From the NCBI GenBank assembly GCA_951406725.2, contig OX597820.1, forward strand, positions 54,064,001-54,128,000: a stretch of 64,000 nucleotides of DNA, written 5' to 3'. The position numbers were made by a program, and so were the translations under genes. Below the pieces are notes generated by a model. The model saw nothing but the letters and a program-made list of their open reading frames with translations. It did no database searches and had not been told where the DNA came from. This DNA is from Octopus vulgaris (taxonomy: Eukaryota). This document shows positions 1 to 10,610 of this stretch, one piece after another. Position 1 is the stretch's first letter. Each line of letters starts with the position of its first letter.

Positions 1-294
1 ATTAGGGAGGCGAAAACTATGGCGAATCCAGTTAGAAAGACTGTTCTTGGAAATAGGTTTTAATACGTCGAATCATTTAACACCAAATCTGACTACCTAT
101 ATTTTTAGCAGGTCCACTTTCTTGCAAACTTTCGGGTCAAGATCCCCCTTTTGATGTTAATATCCTCCCCAACTCAGCAGTAACTCAACCATTAATCTCA
201 ATATAAAGCATCATATAGTCTAATGTATACTACCACGATGAATCAATGTTACAGTTATTGTTGTCTGCCGTGTTTCTGCACTCTGCTGTCGGCC

Positions 295-366
295 TCCCAA
301 GTGGTCTAGTGGTTAGGATTCCGCGCTCTCACCGCGGCGGCCGGGGTTCGATTCCCCGCTTGGGAA
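295..366 (+). tRNA. tRNA-Glu(CTC), consensus copy, flank type A
   Basis: TCCCAAG/CTTGGGA acceptor stem, D arm GTCTAGTGGTTAGGAT, anticodon stem CCGCG/CGCGG with loop CTCTCAC, T arm CGGGG-TTCGATT-CCCCG; 72 nt; T5 run ~13 nt downstream. Confidence 0.95.
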
Positions 367-1930
367 GCCGTTTACATATTTTTGAAAAATTCATCTCATA
401 TTGTACTTAAGTTGGAATGGCAATGGATAATATGTATGTTTATTAATAATTTACTCACAATTCGTAACTTGAAAATTAGTATTTTGCTTATTGCTTTACA
501 CCAATATTTTCATTGTATTACTTTAAGATGTGGTACGGCACCGGACTGCCAGAATTGCATAGCGATATTTCTTCCGGCTTTTTATATTCTAAGATCAAAT
601 ACAGCTGAGGACGGTTTTGCCTTTAATTCTTTCGGAGTGGATAAACTAATTAGAAATTGAGCACATGGGTCAACTGCTGTCCATGAGCCAAAATTTGAAG
701 CCCTTATTATAGTATATGGTAATCTATTTTACTCCCAATGACATACAATCGTTGAAGTATCAAGATAGACAGTTTAAACCTGTTAAATACTTTCAATTAC
801 CTAAAAGGAGAAATACCACTAATTATTTTATCCGTCGCCCCTAACCATCCTACCAGCTTACCGGCTTAATAGTAATAATAATAGTTTCAAATTTTGGCAC
901 AAAGTAAGTCGATTACCTTGTGCCAAAGTGCGTAAGTCAATTACATCGACCTCTGTAATTGACAGTACTTTATTTTATCGACCCCGAAAGAATGAAAAAG
1001 GCAATGTTGATCTTGGCTGGATTTGATCTCAAAACAAAGAGAGAAAAGAAATGTCGTTAAGTATTTTATACTTGACGCTCCAAAGATTCCACCAGTTCAC
1101 TGTGTTTGTGTTATAATAATTTTGTAAGTCGGAGAGCTGGCAATATTGTTAGCACGTCCAGTGAAATGCTTGCCGGTATTTCATCTGCCGCTACGTTCTG
1201 AGTTCAAATTCCGCTGAGGTCGACTTTGCCTTTCATCCTTTCGGGGTCGATTAAATAAGTACCAGTTACGCACTGGGGTCGATATAATCGACTTAATCCG
1301 TTCTCTAATATTGCTACCCTTGTGGAGATTTTGAAAGCAATGATTATAATAATTTCTAATATTCGTTTCAATTTTTTGCGCAAGGACAGTGAGTTCGGGA
1401 TTACATCAATCCCAATGCTCACTTGGTACTTACTGAAAGGCAAAGTTGGCCTCGGCGGAATTTAAGCTCAGAACGTAAGGATGGACGAAATGTTACTTAG
1501 CAATTTGCCTGACGCCCCTAACGATTCTGCCAGCTTGCCGCTGTAAACCGAATGCCGTTCTCGCAAGAGTTAATTTTTAATAATAATTTTAAAGTTTGCA
1601 ACAAAGACTGCAATTTCAAGGGAGAATGCAAGTTGGTTACATCGACTTCAGTATTCAACTGGTACTCCTTTTATCGACCCCGGAAGGTAGAAAGGAAAAG
1701 TCGATCTCAGTGGAATCTGAACTCAGAATTTAAAGACGAATAATTTTGCATTCCAACAGAATATTTTGAGGTACTCTCGACTTATTTAATCCCAGAATTG
1801 TTGAAGCACCGGTACCACCACCAGCAGACAAGACCGCGTCAATGTATCTCTCTCACCAACGAATACTTTCGGTAAAGTATACTTCGACAGTGAATCAATG
1901 TTACAGTTACTTTTATCAGTTGTGATTCAG

Positions 1931-2002
1931 GCGCTAGTGGTCTAGCGGTTAGGATTCCGCGCTCTCACCGCGGCGGCCGGGGTTCGATTCCCCGCTTGGG
2001 AA
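1931..2002 (+). pseudogene. tRNA-Glu(CTC) pseudogene lacking the 5' acceptor strand
   Basis: Compared with the copy at 26081, 16 nt (ttgcaagtctcccaag) are deleted between AGT microhomologies. GCGCTAG replaces TCCCAAG and cannot pair with CTTGGGA; the rest of the gene is near-intact. Confidence 0.85.
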
Positions 2003-2028
2003 ACGGTTTATATATATATATATTTTTA

Positions 2029-3285
2029 AATGCTTACTGGTATTTCGTCTGCCGCTACGTTCTGAGTTCAAATTCCGCCGAGGTAGGCTTCGGCTTTCAT
2101 CCTTTCGGAGTCGATTAAATAAGTACCAGTTACGAACTTGGGGTCGATATAATCGACTTAATCCGTTTGTCTGTCCTTGATTGTCCCTTCTGTGTTTAGC
2201 CCCTTGTGGGTAGTACAGAAATAGGTATTTCGTCTGTCTTTAGGTTCTGAGTTCAAATTGCCTTTCATCCTTTCGGGGTTGATAAATTAAGTGACAGTTG
2301 CGTACTGGGGTCCTTCTATTCGACTGGCCCCCTCCCCAAAAATTTCTCGCCTTGTGCCTAGAAAAGAAAAGTAGTAGTAACGACTTTCTCAACTTGCCGC
2401 CTTCTATAACTGACATATCTTGAGGCTGGGTTCTGTCGAGTAATTCAATCCCAGAACTACTCAAGCTTCTACACCACCAGCACTACCAGTCAACGCTTTC
2501 GATATATTTCTCTCACCAAAGCGGCGAGCTGGCAGAAACGTTAGCACGCCGGCCGAAATGCTTACTGGTATTTCGTCTGCCGCTACATTCTGAGTTCAAA
2601 TTCCGCCGAGGTCGGCTTTGGCTTTCATCCTTTCGGAGTCGATTAAATAAGTACCAGTTACGAACTTGGGGTCGATATAATCGACTTAATCCCTTTGTCT
2701 GTCTTTGTTTGTCCTCTCTGTGTTTGGCCCCTTGTGAGTAGTTAAGAAATAGGTATTTCGTCTGCCGCTACATGCTGAGTTTGAATTCCGCTGAGGTCGA
2801 CTTTGCCTTTCATCCTTTCGGGGTCGATAAATTAAGTGCCAGTCACGCACTGGAATCGATGTAATCGACTTAATCCCTTTGTCTGTCCTTGTTTGTCCCC
2901 TCTATATTTAGCACCTTGTGGGCAATAAAGAAAGAAGAAACGTTAGTCCGCCGGGCGAAATGCTTACCGGTATTTCGTCTGCCGCTACGTTCTGAGTTCA
3001 AATTCCGCCGAGGTCGACTTTGCCTTTCATCCTTTCGGGGTCGATTAAATAAGTACCAGTTACGCACTGGAATCGATATAATCGACTTAATCCGTTTGTC
3101 TGTCCTTGATAGTCCTTTCTGTGTTTAGCCCCTTGTGGGTAGTACAGAAATAGGTATTTCGTCTGTCTTTATGTTCTGAGTTCAAATTACGCCGAGGTCG
3201 ACTTTGCCTTTCATCCTTTCGGGGTTGATAAATTAAGTGACAGATGCGTACTGGGGTCCTTCTATTCGACTGGCCCCCTCTCCAA
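2029..3285 (+). mobile_element. Head-to-tail cluster of SINE family 1 copies (also ~11496-12291, ~13870-14260, ~23074-23853)
   Basis: Repeated module gagctggcagaaacgttagcacgccgg...gttctgagttcaaattccgccgaggtcgactttgcctttcatcctttcggggtcgat...gtaccag with A-box/B-box-like segments; dozens of dispersed copies on both strands; non-coding. Confidence 0.85.
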
Positions 3286-3776
3286 AAATATATATATATA
3301 TTTTTAAATTTTTGTATTTCAAACGTTCAATTCCCAAAGACAGCATATTTGAAGGTATTGAAAATGTTAGCTTAATTCTGTAAAGAAATGCCTGTTTTAT
3401 TCGAGCTGATCAGAGTAACCCGCAGTACATTTGTCAAGTATCTGCTGCCATATACTATCTTCAACCAAAACTTTGCGAGTAAAACTAGAGTGGCGAAAAC
3501 TATGGCGAATCCAGTTAGAAAGATTGTTCTTGGAAATAGGTTTTAATACGTCGAATCATTTAACACCAAATCTGACTACCTATATTTTTAGCAGGTCCAC
3601 TTTCTTGCAAACTTTCGGTCAAAATCTCCCTTTTGAGGTTAATATCCTCCTCAACTCAGCAGTAACTCAACCATTAATCTCAATATAAAGCATCATATAG
3701 TCTAAAGTATACTACCACGGTGAATCAATGTTACAGTTATTATTGACTGTCGTGTTTCTGTACCCTGCTGTCGGCC

Positions 3777-3848
3777 TCCCAAGTGGTCTAGTGGTTAGGA
3801 TTCCGCGCTCTCACCGCGGCGGCCGGGGTTCGATTCCCCGCTTGGGAA
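3777..3848 (+). tRNA. tRNA-Glu(CTC), consensus copy, flank type A
   Basis: Identical to the 295-366 cloverleaf. Confidence 0.95.
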
Positions 3849-5441
3849 GCAGTTTACATATTTTTGAAAAATTCATCTCATATTGTATTTAAGTTGGAAT
3901 GGCAATGGATAATATGTATGTTTATTAATAATTTACTCACAATTCGTAACTTGCAAATTAGCATTTTGCTTATTGCTTTACACCAATATTTTCATCGTAT
4001 TACTTTAAGATGTGGTACGGCACCGGACTGCCAGAATTGCTTAGCGATATTTCTTCCGGCTTTTTATATTCTAAGACCAAATACAGCTGAGGACGGCTTT
4101 GCCTTTTAATTCTTTCGGAGTGGATAAACTAATTAGAAATTGAGCACATGGGTCAACTGCTGTCCATGAGCCAAAATTTGAAGCCCTTATTATAATATAT
4201 GGTAATCTATTTTACTCCCAATGACATACAATCGTTGAAGTATCAAGATAGACAGTTTAAACCTGTTAAATACTTTCAATTACCTAAAAGGAGAAATACC
4301 ACTAATTATTTTATCCGTCGCCCCTAACCATCCTACCAGCTTACCGGCTTAATAGTAATAATAATAGTTTCAAATTTTGGCACAAAGTAAGTCGATTACC
4401 TTGTGCCAAAGTGCGTAAGTCAATTACATCGACCTCTGTAATTGACAGTACTTTATTTTATCGACCCCGAAAGAATGAAAAAGGCAATGTTGATCTTGGC
4501 TGGATTTGATCTCAAAACAAAGAGAGAAAAGAAATGTCGTTAAGTATTTTATACTTGACGCTCCAAAGATTCCACCAGTTCACTGTGTTTGTGTTATAAT
4601 AATTTTGTAAGTCGGAGAGCTGGCAAAATTGTTAGCACGTCTAGTGAAATGCTTACCGGTATTTCATCTGCCGCTACGTTCTGAGTTCAAATTCCGCTGA
4701 GGTCGACTTTGCCTTTCATCCTTTCAGGGTCGATTAAATAAGTACCAGTCACGCACTGGGGTCGATATAATCGACTTAATCCGTTCCCTAATATTGCTAC
4801 CCTTGTGGAGATTTTGAAAGCAATAATTATAATAATTTCTAATATTCGTTTCAATTTTTTGCGCAAGGACAGTGAGTTCGGGATTACATCAATCCCAATG
4901 CTCACTTGGTACTTACTGAAAGGCAAAGTTGGCCTCGGCGGAATTTAAGCTCAGAACGTAAGGATGGACGAAATGTTACTTAGCAATTTGCCTGACGCCC
5001 CTAACGATTCTGCTAGCTTGCCGCTGTAAACCGAATGCCGTTCTCGCAAGAGTTAATTTTTAATAATAATTTTAAAGTTTGCAACAAAGACTGCAATTTC
5101 AAAGGAGAGTGCAAGTTGGTTACATCGACCTCAGTATTCAACTGGTATTCCTTTTATCGACCCCGGAATGTAGAAAGGAAAAGTCGACCTCAGCGGAATC
5201 TGAACTCAGAATTTAAAGACGAATAATTTCTAATATTGGCATTCCAACAGAATATTTTGAGGTTGGGTACTCTCGACTTATTTAATCCCAGAATTGCCCA
5301 AGCACCGGTACCACCACCAGCAGACATACCGCGTCAATGTATCTCTCTCACCAACGAATACTTTCGGTAAAGTATACTTCGACAGTGAATCAATGTTACA
5401 GTTACTTTTATCAGTTGTGTTTCAGTCGCTGGCTGCAAGTC

Positions 5442-5513
5442 TCCCAAGTGGTCTAGTGGTTAGGATTCCGCGCTCTCACCGCGGCGGCCGGGGTTCGATT
5501 CCCCGCTTGGGAA
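5442..5513 (+). tRNA. tRNA-Glu(CTC), consensus copy, flank type B
   Basis: Identical to the 295-366 cloverleaf; T4 run downstream. Confidence 0.95.
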
Positions 5514-5659
5514 ATAACTTTATCTTTTGATATACTTAACATAATACATTATATCCATCACTTCCGACGATTCTACCAGATCACTGCCTCAGTAATAATT
5601 ATAAGAAGAGCACTCAGAGGGCGCAAACCTCCACCAAGATAGCACCAACGTCCTAATCA

Positions 5660-6515
5660 TTTTATTACCCACAAGGGGCCAACACAGAGGGGACGATACA
5701 TTACATATGGGGATACAAAGCAGGAAAAAATATAGGACAACGTATGAGAAACATGAAATGACAAATGAAAAAATGCAACGAAGCTACTCGGCGCCAACAC
5801 CGAGTAGCTTCATTTATACCTTTCTTTCTTTTTTTTAACCTCGTTCTTTCTAGTATATCCATCTTGCACTCCTTTATAAGTTCTAGATATTCCATACAAT
5901 CCAACAACCTATCTTTATCAATTTTTACTCTCCAACAAGTGAATCCATTTTAAAACCTTTCTATTTTTGCCTTCTGTTCTTCTGAAACCAACAAGCATAT
6001 AAGCACCCGTTTTATATTATCCTAATCCGTTTTAACAAGCACTGTGTCTTTCCACTTCATTGTTTCTCTGATCAGTTCACTATTTAAGTCATCTATCATG
6101 CACACAAAGCAACTTTTTCCTTTAGCCGGAGGAGGGGAAATTTGGGGTTTTTGTGCCCCCTTTTTTTCTTTTTTTTTTCTGTGTCTGAGGCGAGAGGATA
6201 GATTTGGTGTCTGTGGGGAAGGGTGTGTCTGGGAAGGTGTAGGTGGGTTGGGTACGGGTAGGGGTTCCTTTTCCTTTTGTTCCTACTTTCCACAGTCTTC
6301 CACTTCTCGTCTTTCTTCTTCATTTCTTCTGATGGTAAATCCTCCCCCGCTTTCGCTGGTTCCCTGGGTTCCTCCTGTGTTCTTTCGGTCGGTGAAGGGC
6401 AGTCCGCTCTGATGTGACCCTTTAGGCAACATTTAAAGCATCGAGGGATTCTGCCCTCCACCCTGACTCTCAGCACCGTGTCCTCAATTGTAACTGTCTC
6501 TGTCATGCTTTCCAA
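5660..6515 (-). mobile_element. Decayed non-LTR retroelement fragment with ORF1/gag-like CCHC zinc knuckle and 3' tail (copies ~17209-18057, ~28517-29315)
   Basis: ORF 6096-6515 encodes RVEGRIPRCFKCCLKGHIRADCP (C-X2-C-X4-H-X4-C) followed by a K/E-rich linker; frameshifts and stops differ between the three copies; no RT motif seen. Confidence 0.7.
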
Positions 6516-6539
6516 ATTGTTCAGAAAATTTCCAAATTA

Positions 6540-6632
6540 GACAGAAATATCCGCGATGTTCTGAGTGCGTGATCGGTGAACCGCGATATACTGAGTGCGC
6601 GATAGGTGAACCGCGATATGGTGAGGGATTAC
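6540..6632. mobile_element. Probable terminus of a small DNA transposon/MITE with ccgcgat subterminal repeats (copies ~18085-18175, ~29345-29488)
   Basis: Repeated gtgaaccgcgata motifs ending in gcgagggattac, resembling pogo/Tigger-like MITE ends; only one end visible. Confidence 0.4.
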
Positions 6633-6711
6633 GTTTATTATTTATTTACTTGCTTGTAAATTGGTATCATATTTACATTATATTTACATTACACCACTGA
6701 GGTTCATTGTA

Positions 6712-7739
6712 TGAGGTGCGTTCAAAAAGTATACGATTTTATTTTCTTCCCGCCAATACTAATGCCACACGGACAATTTTCTTCGGGTAGAAGGTCATGG
6801 CACCCTTCCTGCGCATGCGGGAAAATTTCGCACTGGTATACTGTACCAGTTCCCGGCTACTAATCCTTGAGCACAGACGTGTAGTGAGCGCTCGTCGGAT
6901 TTTCGCTTCCACCGAACGCATCGAGCAGTGATATCGCATCAAATTTTGTCAAAAGCATGGTGATACTCAAGCTCAAGCCATCTAGAAGATTCAGCAGGCA
7001 TTTGGTGGTGATGCGAAAGGCAGAAATTAGTACAAGGAGCGGTACAACCGCTTCAAACATGGCCGCATTTCAGTGGAGAGCAAGGCACGCTCCGGTAAGC
7101 CATCCACAAACCGAAGCAAGTCGTGTAACAATCTAGAAAATTGCTCACGAAGTGGGAATAAGCATAGGATCAGTGCATTCAATTTTAACCGAGGATCTGT
7201 GCATGCGGAGAGTTTCGGCGAAATTCATCCCCAAAGCGAAATTATATCTCGCGGGAACAATATTTAGTTTAGAGCGGCAAACTGGTAGAATCTTTAGGGC
7301 GTCAGGCAAATTGCTAAGTAACATTTCATCCATCTTTACGTTCTGAGCTTAAATTCCGCCAAGGCCAACTTTGCCTTTCAGTAAGTACCAAGTTAGCATT
7401 GGGGTTGATATAATCCTGAACTCACTGTCCTTGCGCAGTTAGAGAGGCAGAAGCAACTCCGCATGGAAGTCGCACAGAGCATGCTACACTATGCAAACCA
7501 CGACCGAGACTGGTGATGAAACATGGGGTTATGGTCTCCGCTTGATGCATTCAGTCATCTTGCCTGAAAACAAAAATTCGACGAGCACGTATTTCATGTC
7601 TGTTCTCTAGGCCTACCGACGCGAAAATGTTCTTGCATGATCAGTAAGGGTGGTATCACCTCCCACCCAAAGGATTTTTCCCACGCGTCATTAGTTTTGT
7701 GGGAGAAAATAAAGTCGGATACTTTTTGAACGCACTTTG
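6712..7739 (+). mobile_element. Internally deleted mariner DNA transposon
   Basis: ~35-bp TIRs (gaggtgcgttcaaaaagtat.cga.tttattttc left; gaaaataaagtcggatactttttgaacgcac right), TA at left flank. Transposase remnants: IKFCQKHG, ESKARSGKPST, ISIGSVHSILTEDLCMRRVSAKFIPK, GDETW. Confidence 0.85.
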
Positions 7740-9440
7740 TCTTACTGTAAAGTGCAGTAAGGAGGTAGAGTGACAGAACTGCTAGCGCGTCGAAAAAACG
7801 TTTTGCAGTATTTCTTCTGACATTCTGAATTCAAATACCACCGAGGTTGATATTGCCCTTCATCCTTTCGGGGTCGATGAATAATATCCATTGAGCAGTG
7901 CGGTCTATTTACTAGACCTCCCAGTCCCAACAATATTACTGGTCTTGAGCCAAACTTAAAATGAATGATGTAGCATGACGGTGAGCTGGCATAATCGATA
8001 GCGCATTCGACCAAAATGCTTAACGAAGTTTCTTCCAGTTATGAGTTCAAATCTCGTGGAAGTCAATTTTGTCCTTCAATCCTTTCTGTGTCGATAAAAT
8101 CACCAGGGACGATGTAATCGACACACTCCTACAATGAAATTGCTGGCCTTGTGCCAAAATTTGAATCCTTTACTATAATATGCGGTGAAATTATGTCGGT
8201 GATTACTCATTGAAATATGTTCACACTTTGATAATACTACACTTTTTGAAGAAACATAATAACCATTTGATACGAGGGCTGAAAAACTTCTATTAGCTGA
8301 GATTATCTATGCAATTAACTAACAAAATCTCCCCTAAAGAGAGTTTAAAATATAAAAACAGCAGTCAAGCGAACTCCTATTAGATCAGGCGACCGAATAT
8401 GTTTGTTGAAGAAGTCACATAAGATCAATATATGACCCGTGTTTTCAAAGATTCTACGCAACCGTCTGAGTTAGTCAGGATATCAACAAAGTCACCAGAT
8501 TATTGTTGCTGCTGCTGCTGGGGCTAGCGTAGAGTTGCTTTACAAAACGTATGAAATATTGAATGTTTGGCGTGGGTTCAATCCCACAGCACGGCAGCTC
8601 GGACAACTGCCTTCTAATATTGCCCCAGATCGACCAATATCATGTGAATTAATTTGGTTGACGGAAATTATTGGAAGAACGTGTTTATCATTTTTGCAGT
8701 CTCTTCCAAGACGTTTGCGTTTCTTCTCACACTAAAGTATAATGAGTTTTAACAGGTTACTCTTGTAAAGGGATCTTTTTCAGGGACGACCACTGCAGCC
8801 TCAACAATATGCATAAGTGTTAAATAAAGATAAAGATTTTAATCAATTTAATCAAGAGCAGCTTCTGCTGCATAATTTGAATGTGTGTGGGTGGGTGGGT
8901 GAGTGTATGTGTGTGAGCGCGTATGTGTGTGTGTGTGTGTGTGTAGATATGTGTATGCATGTTTTGTAGGTGGTTGGATGGAATTGTCAAAAACGCTTCA
9001 ATTTTTCTAAAAATCAATAAAATAGAAAATAAGAAAATAAGGATAAAAACACACGTGACTATACATGACAAACAAAATGAATAATGATAATAATTACGTA
9101 ATATAAATAGAATGTCAAATGCGTTGGTGCGTGACTTTGTGCCTACCTTGCGCGCGCGTGTGTGTGTTATCTTTGTGCTTGACCCAGTGCCACTTCACAA
9201 CTTGTGTTGTTTCTGTATGATCCTGTAACATAAGCAGTTGGGTAATAAGAGACCGATAGATTAAGAAATACCAGAGTTTAAGAAATAGCTCCTGGATTTG
9301 ATTTGCTCGACTAAACCCTTCAAGGCGGTACCCCCCAGCAAGGCCGAGGCCTAATGACAGAAAGAACTAAAAAATGTATTTAATGTATATAAAGGCGCAA
9401 TGTATTTAAATAAGGCTGTATCATCGCTATTACTGAATTG

Positions 9441-9512
9441 TCCCAAGTTGTCTAGTGGTTAGGATTCCGCGCTCTCACCGCGGCGGCCGGGGTTTGATTC
9501 CCCGCTTGGGAA
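9441..9512 (+). tRNA. tRNA-Glu(CTC) variant (G9T, T-loop C56T), flank type D; probably impaired
   Basis: Full-length; TTCGA changed to TTTGA in the B box; long T run downstream. Confidence 0.7.
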
Positions 9513-9944
9513 ACGTAGCTTTTTTTTTTTTTTTTCTTTTTCTTCTAAATTTTTGATTTTTAACTTTGAATTTGCAAACACAGTGTACTTAGACTGAGAT
9601 ATATTGAAAATCTTAATTTAATATTAAAATATTATTTTAATCATGTATAGGCAGTTCATTTTTTTTTTGTTTGAGACGATCAGGGCTCGCAACAGAACTT
9701 TTGGCGAGTATCTTCTAGTCATAGCATTAGATCAGCCAAAACTTTGCGACTAAAATTAGAGGAAAACGACGTTTAAGCCTGCTAGAAGGACACAACGCTT
9801 TTCCTGGTTTAGGAATTGAATACGTCAAAAGCTAATATGAGAGTATCTCTCGTGGCATCTACCACAGTATAGTTTGTTCTAGCAGTTCACCCACGTTTAC
9901 CTCTCAGTATTAATAATAGCTCTGATGTTAATATACTATTTTAT

Positions 9945-10148
9945 TCTTTTACTTGTTTCAGTCATTCGAATGCGGCCATGCTGGAGCACCGCGTTTAATC
10001 GAACAAATCGACCTCAGGACTTATTCTAACTTGTACTTATTCTACCGGTCTCTTTTTGCCGAAAAGCTGGGTGACGGGGACGTAAAAACACCAGCATCGG
10101 TTGTCAAGCAAAGATGGACTGACAAACACAGACACAAATAACAAATAC

Positions 10149-10183
<35 letters not shown>

Positions 10184-10402
10184 CATATATATGTCGCCAT
10201 GTTGAATCGCTAGCTTCTGCACGCATTTTTTTCTCTCCTTGTTTCTCTCCGTGTTTCTTTTCTGTGTATCTTTCTGTTGAAGAGCGTAGGCTCGAAACGT
10301 AAAAGACTTGTTTTATTTATATTCCTGAGCGCCATACTAATACAATTGTTTGTTTGTACTCCACCTGCCTTCGTCTTTTGTTTATTTTCATAAAGCTTCC
10401 CG

Positions 10403-10456
<54 letters not shown>

Positions 10457-10610
10457 GACGGGCTTCTTTCAGTTTCCGTCTACCAAATCCACTCACAAGG
10501 CTTTGGTCGGCCCGAGGCTATAGTAGAAGACACTTGCCCAAGGTGCCACGTAGTGCGACTAAACCGTGAACCATGTGGTTGGGAAGCAAGCTTCTTACCA
10601 CACAGCCGCT
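9945..10610 (-). mobile_element. tRNA-derived SINE family 2 copy interrupted by a Penelope-like terminal fragment and (TA)n (copy ~21490-22170)
   Basis: Minus-strand head ggctgtgtggtaagaagcttgcttcccaaccacatggttc...ccttgggcaagtgtc and tail gctccagcatggccgca...gactgaaacaagtaaaag; the insert at ~10197-10404 contains ctgttgaagagcgtaggctcgaaacg. Confidence 0.7.

Noticed and set aside
382-660. Recurrent short ORFs in the array (MKNSSH..., MPFSKY..., MLYKTY...)
   Set aside because: They recur only because of duplication; lengths vary through frameshifts, they overlap SINE remnants and show no protein motifs
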